A stretch of 64,000 nucleotides of DNA from Acidobacteriota bacterium (GTDB taxonomy: Bacteria; Acidobacteriota; Vicinamibacteria; Vicinamibacterales; UBA2999). Of this stretch, positions 1 to 9,074 are shown piece after piece. Position 1 is the first letter of the stretch. Each line of letters opens with the position of its first letter. Both the position numbers and the translations under genes were made by a program. The notes under the pieces are model-generated. The model searched no databases, was not told the origin of the DNA, and was given only the letters and a program-made list of their open reading frames with translations. The stretch is taken from assembly GCA_031364805.1 (NCBI GenBank), contig JANLWW010000153.1:206-64205 (forward strand), read 5' to 3'.

Positions 1-527
1 ACCGGGGTCCACGCGGCGTCGGCCGCCACGTCACGGACGTGGATGGCGTCGCCAATGCCGAGGTCGGTGACGTCGACTTCGATCGAGTTCGGGATGTCGG
101 CCGGGAGCACTTCGACTTCGATCTCGCGGTGCACGAAGTCGAGGATGCCGCCGTCCTGCTTCACGCCGCGGGCATCGCCCTTGAGCGTGATCGGCACGGT
201 GACCTTGATCTTGCGGTCCATGTTGACGCGGTAGAAGTCGGCGTGGAGCAAGTGGTGGGTGACCGGGTCGAGCTGCACGTTGCGCACCAGCACGCGGGCA
301 TCCCCGCCCTCGGCGATTTTCAGCGTGATCAGGGTGTTGAGGCCCGAGCTGGAGTGCAGGATGCGCATGAAAGGCTTGGGGTCGACCGCGACCGCTTCCG
401 GTGCGGGCGCATCGCCGGCCTTCTGCGCGCCGTACACAATCGCGGGGATCTGCCCGGCGACGCGCAGCCGCCGTGCCTCGTTCTTGCCCCTGGTGTTGCG
501 CTTGACTGCGTCGAGAATTGCTTCCAT
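1..527 (-). CDS. rplY: 50S ribosomal protein L25 / general stress protein Ctc (3' end cut by window edge)
   Basis: Not in the ORF track because it has no stop inside the window. The reverse strand from ATG at 527-525 reads MEAILDAVKRNTRGKNEARRLRVAGQIPAIVYG...KIKVTVPITLKGDARGVKQDGGILDF, typical L25/Ctc. It lies directly downstream of prs, the conserved prs-ctc order. Confidence 0.85.
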   Translation of the reverse strand, partial: MEAILDAVKRNTRGKNEARRLRVAGQIPAIVYGAQKAGDAPAPEAVAVDPKPFMRILHSSSGLNTLITLKIAEGGDARVLVRNVQLDPVTHHLLHADFYRVNMDRKIKVTVPITLKGDARGVKQDGGILDFVHREIEVEVLPADIPNSIEVDVTDLGIGDAIHVRDVAADAAWTP

Positions 528-584
528 GACTTGCTGACCTTCCTCGGGCTTCGGCCGCGGCCTACACCCTTTTGACAATTAAGC

Positions 585-652
585 GGTCTTGGGGACTTGA
601 GGACTTGGGGTCTTGGAAATTCAAGACCTCAGGACCATCGGACCTCACGACC
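585..652. repeat. Intergenic array of degenerate 8-9-nt units (GGTCTTGGG/GACTTGAG...) with a central hairpin, GGTCTTG gaaatt CAAGACC at 609-628
   Basis: Read directly in the sequence. It fills the prs stop (657) to ctc start (527) spacer. The left and right halves are imperfect reverse complements. Confidence 0.6.
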
Positions 653-656
653 GCAC

Positions 657-1610
657 TTACACGAACAACGACGAAACCGATGTCTCTTCATGAATGCTGC
701 GAATGGCCTGGCCGAGCAGGCGCGCCACCGACAGCACGACGATTTTCTGGCATTTGGCACGGTCCGCGGTGAGCGGAATCGTGTTGGTGATGAGCAGCTT
801 GTCGATCGGCGCCTTCTCGATGCGGTCGATTGCGGGGCCTGACAGCACGCCGTGAATGGCGCACGCCAGCACGCGCTCGGCGCCCGAATCCTTCAGCGCC
901 TGCGCCGCCTTCTGGATGGTGCCGGCGGTGTCGATAATGTCGTCGGCAATCACGCAGGTGCGGCCCGCGACTTCGCCGATCACGTTCATGACTTCCGCGG
1001 TGCCGTCTTCGCTGCGGCGCTTGTCGATCACGGCCAGTTCGGCATCGAGCCGCTTGGCATAGGCGCGCGCGCGTTCGGCACCGCCGGCGTCGGGCGCGAC
1101 GATGGTCAACTTCTCGTACGACTGGCGCGCCAGGTAATCGATGATGACCGGCGCGGCGAACAGGTGATCCACCGGCAGGTCGAAGAAGCCCTGGATTTGC
1201 GCCTTGTGTAGGTCCATGCACAACACGCGGTTGACACCCGAGGCGGTCAGCACGTTGGCGACCAGCTTGGCGGAAATCGGGACGCGAGGCTTGTCCTTGC
1301 GATCTTGCCTGGCGTAGCCGTAATACGGGATGACCGCGGTAATGCGCGCCGCCGACGAGCGGCGGAACGCGTCAGTCATGATCATCAGCTCCATCAGGTG
1401 AGGATCCACCGGAGCGCAAGTCGGCTGGATGATGAAGACGTCGGTGCCGCGAATATTTTCGTCGATCTGGAACGAGACTTCGGTGTCGGGAAACCGGCGG
1501 AGACGTGCCTGTCCGAGTTCCACCCCGAGGAACTCGGCGATCTCAGCCGCGAGTTGCGGGTGAGCGCTACCTGAGAAGAGTTTCAGTTCTCCGAAACCGG
1601 TTGGTCGCAT
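657..1610 (-). CDS. prs: Ribose-phosphate pyrophosphokinase
   Basis: 317-aa ORF with the motifs DLHKAQIQGFFDLPVDHL and VIADDIIDTAGT (PRPP-binding loop). Typical length. Confidence 0.95.
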   Translation of the reverse strand: MRPTGFGELKLFSGSAHPQLAAEIAEFLGVELGQARLRRFPDTEVSFQIDENIRGTDVFIIQPTCAPVDPHLMELMIMTDAFRRSSAARITAVIPYYGYARQDRKDKPRVPISAKLVANVLTASGVNRVLCMDLHKAQIQGFFDLPVDHLFAAPVIIDYLARQSYEKLTIVAPDAGGAERARAYAKRLDAELAVIDKRRSEDGTAEVMNVIGEVAGRTCVIADDIIDTAGTIQKAAQALKDSGAERVLACAIHGVLSGPAIDRIEKAPIDKLLITNTIPLTADRAKCQKIVVLSVARLLGQAIRSIHEETSVSSLFV

Positions 1611-1695
1611 ATCTACACGCCCGGCGGAGGCTGGGCCAAAACTAAACTGCTTTCGCGAGGCGAAGCCTCAGGTTCACGACGAAGTCTCGCGAAAC

Positions 1696-1770
1696 TGGTT
1701 GGGGCGGAAGGATTCGAACCTTCGAATAAGGGTTCCAAAGACCCTCGCCTTACCGCTTGGCCACGCCCCA
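1696..1770 (-). tRNA. tRNA-Gln (anticodon UUG), CCA encoded
   Basis: Reverse complement is TGGGGCGTGGCCAAGCGGTAAGGCGAGGGTCTTTGGAACCCTTATTCGAAGGTTCGAATCCTTCCGCCCCAACCA. Acceptor TGGGGCG/CGCCCCA, anticodon stem AGGGT/ACCCT, loop CTTTGGA, T arm GAAGG-TTCGAAT-CCTTC. Confidence 0.9.
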
Positions 1771-1803
1771 ACACCCCGGGGCAAACTCGTATCGTATCCG
1801 AGT

Positions 1804-2700
1804 TTAGAGGCCGGCGGCAACCCGGCGGGCGTACTCCCTGCGGGCCATCGTGCGGGTATGCAGCGATAGCCAGCCCGGCCGGGCCAGGTCATCGGCGGTG
1901 CGCCGCGCTGCGTCGGCACGCTCGAACAGGCCAAAAACGGCCGAGCCGGAGCCTGACATGGCGGCAAAGTTGGCACCGGAGTCGAGCAAAGACTGGCGGA
2001 TCCGGGCAATTGCGGGATGGTGGCGCACCACCGGTACCTCTAGGTCGTTGCGAAGGGTCGCAGCCCACGAGGGCCAGCCAGCCGGGTAGGGTCGGGGCGC
2101 TGGTTCCCTGGTGGCGCGGCGCGATTCTTCGTCGAACCAGGTATAAGCATCGGCGGTCGACACCCCGAATCCCGGCCGCAGGATCACGACATGCACCGTC
2201 GGGAGGTCGGCCAAGGGGTAAATGTCGTCGCCGCGACCGAGGCCGAGCGACGTGCCGCCGACCAGGAAGTACGGGACATCGGCACCCAAGCGCGCCCCAA
2301 TCCGCGCGAGCGTAGCGAGGTCGAGCCCCATCTTCCAGAGCTTGTTGAGGGCCAACAAGGTCATCGCCGCATCGGCGCTGCCACCGCCGAGTCCGGCCTC
2401 GGCGGGAATGCGCTTGCGGAGGTCAATCGACACGCCTTGTGGGGCGGTTGTCTTGCCGTTCGCAACCCGGTTCAGCAACGAGGCTGCCTTCCAGACCAGG
2501 TTTCGACGATCGGTTGGGATGTCTTCATGGTCGCAGACGATCTCTAACGGCCCTCGGCGGCGGGTGACTGTCACCGTGTCGAATAGCGCGAGGCTTTGGA
2601 AGATCGTCCGCAGATCGTGATAACCGTCTGGACGCGTGCCGAGAATGCGGAGATCGAGGTTGATCTTCGCAAAAGCCGGGAGGCTTACAGATTGTGACAT
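1804..2700 (-). CDS. ispE: 4-diphosphocytidyl-2-C-methyl-D-erythritol kinase
   Basis: 298 aa. AKINLDLRILGTRPDGYHDL and IPAEAGLGGGSADAA (GHMP kinase motif). Sits in lolB-ispE-prs type synteny. Confidence 0.93.
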   Translation of the reverse strand: MSQSVSLPAFAKINLDLRILGTRPDGYHDLRTIFQSLALFDTVTVTRRRGPLEIVCDHEDIPTDRRNLVWKAASLLNRVANGKTTAPQGVSIDLRKRIPAEAGLGGGSADAAMTLLALNKLWKMGLDLATLARIGARLGADVPYFLVGGTSLGLGRGDDIYPLADLPTVHVVILRPGFGVSTADAYTWFDEESRRATREPAPRPYPAGWPSWAATLRNDLEVPVVRHHPAIARIRQSLLDSGANFAAMSGSGSAVFGLFERADAARRTADDLARPGWLSLHTRTMARREYARRVAAGL

Positions 2701-2736
2701 GGTGCCTAGGGTGCTAGAGGTGCCAAGGGTGCCAAG
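2701..2736. repeat. Four in-phase tandem 9-mers: GGTGCCTAG GGTGCTAGA GGTGCCAAG GGTGCCAAG
   Basis: Read directly. They occupy essentially the whole 39-nt gap between the lipoprotein stop (2740-2742) and the ispE ATG (2700-2698). Confidence 0.8.
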
Positions 2737-2739
2737 CCG

Positions 2740-3522
2740 TCAGGACTTGGGGACGAGTGGCGCGACCGATCGTAGCTCGTCGAGCGTCATCGGATCGGCA
2801 TCGGCGGGTACCTCGAGCGTGAACGCCAGCGGGTTGATCGCTGTGTTTACTTCGAGTTCGCCGACCCGCGCCGTGACGTCGATGGTGGCATCGCCCGTCC
2901 GGCGCACGCGCACCACGCGCGGGTAGCCGCTGACATGCTCAGAGTAATCAAGGCGCCAGGGCCCGTAGTCGGCCGCGACCACCACGGGGCGTCCCTGCTG
3001 AAGCCGCAGGTAAGCGATGCGATCGGGCGCCAGCGTTACGGCCTGCCAGCCACCGGGCCACTGCTTCCCTTCTGCCGGAGCGGCGTTGTCGGCGAGACAG
3101 CCCGACACCATCAACCGTAGATCATCGGCGCCGAGCGCGAGACCGGTGAGTCGCTCGAGCACGGCGGCGACTGCCGTCTCCCTCAAGACGCGATGTTCAC
3201 GCGGCAGCAACAGCGTGGCCAGCTCCGCGCGGCCCGCGAGAATAAACACCGGCGGCCCGAATGGCGCGACCCCTTCGAGCCGCACCGAGCCGCCCGACTC
3301 GAGTCCAGCAATCACGCGGCCGCGAATGCGTTCGCCAGCGGCGCGGCCCGACAGCGCCAGCTCGCCGGTCAGCGAGCGAAAGCCTCGGCACGCTGCCGTC
3401 GCCGTGGTGAACGCATCGATCGCGTTGGGATCGGCGGCCGGCGCGCCGACCGGCCGCGGCGGTGTGCGCGCGGCACACCCCGACACCGTCAGCGCGAGGA
3501 CCAGGATCGCGAGTTGGATCAT
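2740..3522 (-). CDS. Outer-membrane lipoprotein, LolB-like by position (lipobox LTVSGC)
   Basis: 260 aa. N-terminal signal plus lipobox MIQLAILVLALTVSGC. It sits immediately upstream of ispE, where lolB sits in E. coli. No motif-level confirmation. Confidence 0.5.
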   Translation of the reverse strand: MIQLAILVLALTVSGCAARTPPRPVGAPAADPNAIDAFTTATAACRGFRSLTGELALSGRAAGERIRGRVIAGLESGGSVRLEGVAPFGPPVFILAGRAELATLLLPREHRVLRETAVAAVLERLTGLALGADDLRLMVSGCLADNAAPAEGKQWPGGWQAVTLAPDRIAYLRLQQGRPVVVAADYGPWRLDYSEHVSGYPRVVRVRRTGDATIDVTARVGELEVNTAINPLAFTLEVPADADPMTLDELRSVAPLVPKS

Positions 3523-5579
3523 TACTTGGCGCGGGCGCGCGCGGCCTTGATCTTCTTCTCGATTGCGGCGCGATCGATCTGCTCGCCGTCACCGGCCAGC
3601 GCGCGCTCCCAGGCGGCAATTGCGTCGGCACTGCGTCCGCGCCGCGCGAGCACGTCGCCATGGTGATCCTGGATCACCGAGTTCGCCGTGAGCACGGCGG
3701 CGGCCTTGGCCAGCGGCGCGTCGGCTTCGTCGGCCTTGCCCTGCTTGAACAATGCCCATCCGAGGGTGTCGAGATAGGACGGGTTCTCGGGTTCGAGCTT
3801 GACGGCGCGCTGTGCCAGGTCCACCGCTTCGGGCAACCGCGTGCCACGATCGGCCAGCAGGTATCCCAATGAATTGAGCGCGCTGGCGTTCAGCGGGTCC
3901 TCGGCCATCAGCCGCCTCAGTTCCTTCTCAGCTTCTGCCAGCTTGCCGCCCGCCTCGTAGGCGTTGACCAGGCGCATGGTCAGCACTTCGTCATCGCCGA
4001 ACGTCCTGCGCGCCTGCTCCAGCGTGCGGACCGCATCGTCCGTCCGCTTCTGCTCGGCATAGAGGTCCGCGAGCCCGACGACGAATTCTCGGCTGTTAGG
4101 GTTCTTGGCCGCGCCGGCCTCCATCAACTGCAGCGCCTCGGCCGGCTTGCCGCCCTTGGCCAGAGCCTGCGCGCGCAGGCGAATCATGCGCGGCTGATCG
4201 GGACTGCGCACCAGGTTCTCGCGCGCAAGCGCTTCGGCGCGGTCGAACCGGCGCGCTGCCAGGTGCGCCTGCACGAGATAGGCGTCGATTTCGGTGTCGA
4301 GCGGCGTCAGCGTCTTGGCCGACGTAAAGGCGGCAATTGAGGCATCCCACTGCGCCAGTTGCTGCTGCGCAATACCAAGCTGCACCAGCACCGCAGCGCC
4401 TTCGACCTCGCGACCCTTTGAACGGGTGGCCGGGTCCTTCGCAAACGGCGCCACGACATCCACCACCTGCCTGAAGTCGTAGCGGTCGAAGAGGATTTGC
4501 ACCAGCGCGTAGAGACCCGTCACGTTCGCGGGCTCGGCCGTCATGATCTTGCGCGCGGCGGTTTCCGCCGCCTTCAGGTCGCCGGCCGTACGCTCGATGC
4601 TCGACGTCAAGTACAACGCGCGCACGTCGTTCGGGTTTGCCTTCAAGAGGTCGGCCAAGACCTCTCTCGCCCGCGGCCCGCCATCCTCGACGTTCAGTAG
4701 TGCGGCGACCAGGCGCAGCTGCACGTCGCGGCTCGGCTGTCGCATGCCCTTGAGCGCCTCGTCGTACGCGCCGGCGGCATCCTCCCACTTGTTACGGCGC
4801 TCGTAGAACTGGCCAAGCTGTGCCCAGTAGCGGGGATTGATCTGCGCGGCGCCCAGCAACGCTTTTTCGGCTTCTTCTATCTTGCCGCTGGTCGCGTACG
4901 CCTCATACAGCAACACCAGTGGCTCGGCGGCCCACGGCGCCTGGGTGGAAACGCGTTCGAGTACCGGCACCGCATCAGCGGTGCGACCGGCGCGCAGTTG
5001 CAGCCGGCCGAGCGTCATCTGCAGATTGGGATCGACCGCCATCACCGGCGACTTCTGGATGGCGATCAGGTGGTCAATTGCCTTCACGCGCGCGCTCGAC
5101 GGCGTTTCACCCGCTGGAGGCTGGCTGCCGCCTTCGGCCCACGCCGCGTAAATCTGAGCGAGCACCACGTGCGCTTCCACGTTTTCGGGCTCGAGTGTGA
5201 GGGCCCGGTCGGCCTGGAGAATGGCCGGCGCCGCCTGTTGCTGACGCGCATGGGCGCCCGCCATTTCAGCGGCAATCTCAGCCGAGTTGGGATCGAGTTT
5301 CTGCGCACGCTGGAGCGAGGCCATCGACCCAGCCGAGTCGCCCGCCGACTCGAGCCGCCTTGCCATCATGAACTCAAAAAACGCCTGCGCCTTCGGATCG
5401 TCGGGGGCCGCCGCCGTCTGCCCGCCTTCGCTGCCGGCAGCTTCCGCCTTCGCTGAAGCTGCGGTGGACAGGTCGGCGAGGTCGCGCCGAAGCTCGCTCG
5501 GCGACGTGCGAGCGGAGGCGAACGCGAACACCGGGCCGGACACTGCCAGCGCGACCAAGACGATGCGAATCACGAGCAT
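3522..5579 (-). CDS. Secreted tetratricopeptide (TPR) repeat protein
   Basis: 685 aa. N-terminal signal MLVIRIVLVALAVSGPVFAFA. Repeated A/L/Y-rich 34-aa TPR-like units throughout. Confidence 0.75.
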   Translation of the reverse strand: MLVIRIVLVALAVSGPVFAFASARTSPSELRRDLADLSTAASAKAEAAGSEGGQTAAAPDDPKAQAFFEFMMARRLESAGDSAGSMASLQRAQKLDPNSAEIAAEMAGAHARQQQAAPAILQADRALTLEPENVEAHVVLAQIYAAWAEGGSQPPAGETPSSARVKAIDHLIAIQKSPVMAVDPNLQMTLGRLQLRAGRTADAVPVLERVSTQAPWAAEPLVLLYEAYATSGKIEEAEKALLGAAQINPRYWAQLGQFYERRNKWEDAAGAYDEALKGMRQPSRDVQLRLVAALLNVEDGGPRAREVLADLLKANPNDVRALYLTSSIERTAGDLKAAETAARKIMTAEPANVTGLYALVQILFDRYDFRQVVDVVAPFAKDPATRSKGREVEGAAVLVQLGIAQQQLAQWDASIAAFTSAKTLTPLDTEIDAYLVQAHLAARRFDRAEALARENLVRSPDQPRMIRLRAQALAKGGKPAEALQLMEAGAAKNPNSREFVVGLADLYAEQKRTDDAVRTLEQARRTFGDDEVLTMRLVNAYEAGGKLAEAEKELRRLMAEDPLNASALNSLGYLLADRGTRLPEAVDLAQRAVKLEPENPSYLDTLGWALFKQGKADEADAPLAKAAAVLTANSVIQDHHGDVLARRGRSADAIAAWERALAGDGEQIDRAAIEKKIKAARARAK

Positions 5580-5663
5580 GGCGCGATCTTACCCCGTGAC
5601 AACCCCGTGACTGAACTTCGTGTTCCGAACTCTCGCCCGAACCTCGGTGTTAAGATTCCCCAC

Positions 5664-5834
5664 ATGCCCGTCGACGCTGAACTGCTCGAGAGTCTCGCCT
5701 GTCCGGCCTGCAAGACCCCGGTTGCGCTGGTCAAAGACGGGACCGCGCTCAAGTGCGGGTCTTGCCACCGCGTTTATCCCATCAAGGACGACATCCCTGT
5801 AATGCTGATCGACGAGGCGACGGTCGAGCCCTGA
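5664..5834 (+). CDS. Trm112/YcaR family zinc-ribbon protein
   Basis: MPVDAELLESLACPACKTPV...CGSCHRVYPIKDDIPVMLIDEA, typical of Trm112/UPF0434. Internal ATG at 5664 chosen over the ORF-track start at 5607. Confidence 0.8.
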   Translation: MPVDAELLESLACPACKTPVALVKDGTALKCGSCHRVYPIKDDIPVMLIDEATVEP

Positions 5835-6898
5835 AGATTCTCTTGATCCGGCTGCGCCTGATTGGGGACGTGGTCTTCACCACGCCCGCAATTGGCGCCC
5901 TGCGCCGCCGGTTTCCGACCGCCCGCCTGACGTATCTCGTGGAAGCCGCGGCCGAGCCTGTGGTGCGCCACCATCCCGATCTCGACGAGGTCGTGGTGGT
6001 CGATCGCCCGCGCGGCCTAGCCCGCATTCGCTATGACCTGCAACTCGCCAAACGCTTGCGGGCCGAGCGGTTTGATGTGGTGATCGATTTCCATGGCGGC
6101 CCCCGGAGTGGATTCCTGACGTGGACCAGCGGTGCGCCCGAGCGCATCGGCTACGCCCTGCCTGGACGTCAGCTGAGTTACACCACGCGGGTGCCGTGGT
6201 CCCGGTCGCTCGTGCCGCCTCGCCACTCGGTGCTCAATCAGTGGGATCTGATCGCGCCGCTCGGAATTGGTCCGCCGACGGGAGTCGCGGATCCGGTGGT
6301 CATGCCGGTGACGGCAGACGCCGCCGCCCGGGTCGCCACCAGGCTGGCGGCCGCAGGCGTTGCCGACACCGCGCCGATCGTCGTGCTTCACGTCAGCGCC
6401 GGCAACCCGTTTCGGCGCTGGCCGACCGCTGCTTTCGCTGAAGTTGCCGCGCGGCTGGCAGAAGAGCATCGCGCACGCCGCATTATCATCACCTCTGGAC
6501 CGTCGGAAGCGGACGCGGCTGAAGCGGTTGCCGCGCAGGCACGCGCGCTGGCGGGCCCTGCGGGCGATGGCATCGTGCGCACGGGCGAGTTCGACCTGGC
6601 GGAACTGCGTGCTCTCGTTGGCCGCGCGGCCCTCTACATTGGCGGCGACAGCGGGCCGTTGCATATTGCCGCCACCACCTCGACGCCGGTGGTCGCCCTG
6701 TTTGGCCCGACGCTGCCCGAGCGTTCCATGCCGTGGCGCGATCCGGCCGTGGGCAGCATTGCCGTGGACGCCGGGCCGTTGCCGTGCCGGCCGTGCCATC
6801 AGCGCCACTGCGTGCCCGGTGACTTTCGCTGCCTGACCGGAATTTCGCCTACCATGGTGCTGGACGCAGCACGGACGCTGCTCCCTCATCACCCGTGA
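5753..6898 (+). CDS. Glycosyltransferase family 9 (LPS heptosyltransferase); start uncertain, conserved part begins near 5831
   Basis: LKILLIRLRLIGDVVFTTPAIGALRRRFP and YIGGDSGPLHIAAT motifs. The first ~26 codons overlap the Trm112 gene and are probably not translated. Confidence 0.8.
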   Translation: MRVLPPRLSHQGRHPCNADRRGDGRALKILLIRLRLIGDVVFTTPAIGALRRRFPTARLTYLVEAAAEPVVRHHPDLDEVVVVDRPRGLARIRYDLQLAKRLRAERFDVVIDFHGGPRSGFLTWTSGAPERIGYALPGRQLSYTTRVPWSRSLVPPRHSVLNQWDLIAPLGIGPPTGVADPVVMPVTADAAARVATRLAAAGVADTAPIVVLHVSAGNPFRRWPTAAFAEVAARLAEEHRARRIIITSGPSEADAAEAVAAQARALAGPAGDGIVRTGEFDLAELRALVGRAALYIGGDSGPLHIAATTSTPVVALFGPTLPERSMPWRDPAVGSIAVDAGPLPCRPCHQRHCVPGDFRCLTGISPTMVLDAARTLLPHHP

Positions 6899-8073
6899 CC
6901 ACATTTTCCCTTACGGCGGGCATGCCGCCACGCGATCGGCTCGAGCAGATCGGCATCTTCGCGCTCGTCGGCATCGTCGCCACCATGCAGCTGTCGATCG
7001 CGGCAGCGCAGATCCTGCTCGCCGTCGCGGTGTTGACCTGGCTGGTGTCGCACGTCACGCGCGGCGAACGGCTACAGGCGCCCTCGTTTTTCTGGCCGCT
7101 CGTGACCTACGCCGCGCTCACGCTGGCGTCGGCCGGCTTCTCGCTCGATCCTGAAGTCAGCTTCACTGACTGCAAGCAACTGGTGCTGTTCATGCTGGTG
7201 CCGGTCAGCTACGACCTGGCCCGGGGCGCGCGCGCCAACACGGTGCTCAGCATCATCCTGACCATCGGCGCCGCGAGCGCTTTGGTCGGCATCGTGCAGT
7301 ACGGGGTGCTGAACTTCGACGGATTGGGCCGGCGGCCACAGGGCACGCTGTCTCATTGGATGACCTACTCGGGCACGCTGATGCTGGTGGTGTGCGCCGC
7401 GACTGCACGCCTCCTGTATGGCACCTCGGGCCGTCTGTGGGCAGCGTTCGTGATGCCCGCCCTGCTGGTTGCACTGAGCCTTACGCTCACACGCGGCGCG
7501 TGGGTTGGCGTCGCGGTTGGCGTCGCCGTCCTGTTCTTGAGCAAGGACTTCCGCCTGCTCGCGCTGATCCCGATCGTGATCGTCACCGCCATCCTGTTGG
7601 CGCCGCAGACGCTGACCGACCGGGTCTATTCGATCTTCGATCGCAACGACCTCACCAGCCGCGACCGCGTCGCCATGCTGCAAGCCGGTGTCGCGATCGT
7701 CAACGACTACCCGCTGATGGGAGTGGGACCTGATCAGATTGAACGGGTCTACCCGTATTACCGCGTGCCCGATGCGGTCAAGCCAACCAATCCGCACTTG
7801 CACAACGTGCCCATGCAGATTGCCGCCGAGCGCGGCCTGCCAGCACTAGCCGCGTGGGCCTGGTTCTTCGGCTCGGCATCGCTCGGCTTGCTCAAGCTGC
7901 TCCGTCGCTCGCGGCACAAGAGCCTGGCGGCCGCGGGACTCGGCGCCATGGCCGCCATGTTGGCCGCCGGCCTGACTGAATACAACTTTGGAGACTCCGA
8001 GTTCCTGATGCTGCTGCTCGTGATGATCACTCTACCGTTTGCTGCCGATCGCGACGGAGGCCTGCCGTCGTGA
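6895..8073 (+). CDS. O-antigen ligase (WaaL/Wzy_C) family membrane protein
   Basis: 392 aa and polytopic. LTLTRGAWVGVAVGVAVLFL motif and a large loop with NPHLHNVPMQIAAERG. GTGA overlap with the upstream gene. Confidence 0.75.
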   Translation: MTTFSLTAGMPPRDRLEQIGIFALVGIVATMQLSIAAAQILLAVAVLTWLVSHVTRGERLQAPSFFWPLVTYAALTLASAGFSLDPEVSFTDCKQLVLFMLVPVSYDLARGARANTVLSIILTIGAASALVGIVQYGVLNFDGLGRRPQGTLSHWMTYSGTLMLVVCAATARLLYGTSGRLWAAFVMPALLVALSLTLTRGAWVGVAVGVAVLFLSKDFRLLALIPIVIVTAILLAPQTLTDRVYSIFDRNDLTSRDRVAMLQAGVAIVNDYPLMGVGPDQIERVYPYYRVPDAVKPTNPHLHNVPMQIAAERGLPALAAWAWFFGSASLGLLKLLRRSRHKSLAAAGLGAMAAMLAAGLTEYNFGDSEFLMLLLVMITLPFAADRDGGLPS

Positions 8074-9074
8074 GCGCGTCGCTGCTGCCCGAGATCGCGT
8101 CCGCGCGCGCGCACGAGTTGATCGACCGTTTCGCCTCGCGGCGCATCACCGTGGTGGGCGATGTCATGCTTGATCGCTTCGTGATCGGGCGCGTCAGCCG
8201 GATCTCGCCAGAAGCGCCGGTGCCGGTAGTCGTGTTCGACCACGAGGAATGGCGCCTGGGCGGCGCCGCCAACGTCGCCAACAACCTCCGTGCCCTCGGC
8301 GCGACCGTCGAGCTGATCGGTGTGGTGGGTGCGGATGAAGCCGGCCTGCAACTCAAGAACGAACTCGCCGCGAAGGGCATTCAGGCATCCGGCCTGATCA
8401 CTGATCTCGAACGCAAGACCACCACCAAGATGCGCGTCGTGACCACGCGCAACCAGCAAGTGGCGCGCGTCGATTACGAATCCGATCACGAGGTCGGCGC
8501 CGCCCTCGAAGAGGCGCTCGCATCGCAGGTCGAGATGCGCGCAACGACGGCGCAGGTCATTCTCGTGTCGGACTACCAGAAGGGCGTCATCACGCGCCGC
8601 TCGATGGCGCAATTGGCGGCCTTTGGCCAGTCAGCCGGCATTCCGGTGATCGTCGATCCCAAGGTGCCCCACCTCGACTACTACGCAGGCGCTTCGCTGG
8701 TGACTCCGAATCACGTGGAAGCGGAGAGCGCCACCAACATCCGCATTGAGTCGCATGACGATGCGCGCCGGGCGGCGGAGTCGTTGCGTCGGCAGTTGGG
8801 GGTGGAGAACGTGTTGATTACCCGCGGGGAGCACGGCATGTGGCTGTCCCACGCTGGCGTCGATGGCTACCTCCCGGCCTCGGCGCGAGAAGTCGCCGAC
8901 GTGACCGGTGCCGGCGACACGGTGATCGCGACCCTGGCATTGACGATTGCCGCCGGCGGCAACCTGGCCGAAGCCGCCCGCATCGCCAACGAGGCGGCGA
9001 GCATCGTGGTTGGTAAGTTCGGCGCCTCGACGGTGTCGCCGGACGAACTCAAACGGCGCTTCCCGAACGACTAG
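8070..9074 (+). CDS. hldA: D-glycero-beta-D-manno-heptose-7-phosphate kinase (RfaE domain I / HldA, PfkB family)
   Basis: ITVVGDVMLDRFVIGRVSRISPEAPVPV and DVTGAGDTVIATLAL. 334 aa, so kinase domain only. Confidence 0.85.
   Translation: MSASLLPEIASARAHELIDRFASRRITVVGDVMLDRFVIGRVSRISPEAPVPVVVFDHEEWRLGGAANVANNLRALGATVELIGVVGADEAGLQLKNELAAKGIQASGLITDLERKTTTKMRVVTTRNQQVARVDYESDHEVGAALEEALASQVEMRATTAQVILVSDYQKGVITRRSMAQLAAFGQSAGIPVIVDPKVPHLDYYAGASLVTPNHVEAESATNIRIESHDDARRAAESLRRQLGVENVLITRGEHGMWLSHAGVDGYLPASAREVADVTGAGDTVIATLALTIAAGGNLAEAARIANEAASIVVGKFGASTVSPDELKRRFPND

Noticed and set aside
1611-1695. Inverted repeat TTTCGCGAG...CTCGCGAAA with an inner GAGGC-ttc-GCCTC hairpin between tRNA-Gln and prs, considered as a terminator.
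   Set aside because: The U tract is weak and interrupted and the loop is large. It is plausible as a processing or termination site but too weak to call as a feature.
2701-2736. Tandem nonamer arrays (also 24057-24092 and 37370-37396) considered as a CRISPR array.
   Set aside because: The units are 9 nt with no spacers, far too short for CRISPR. No cas genes are present in the window.
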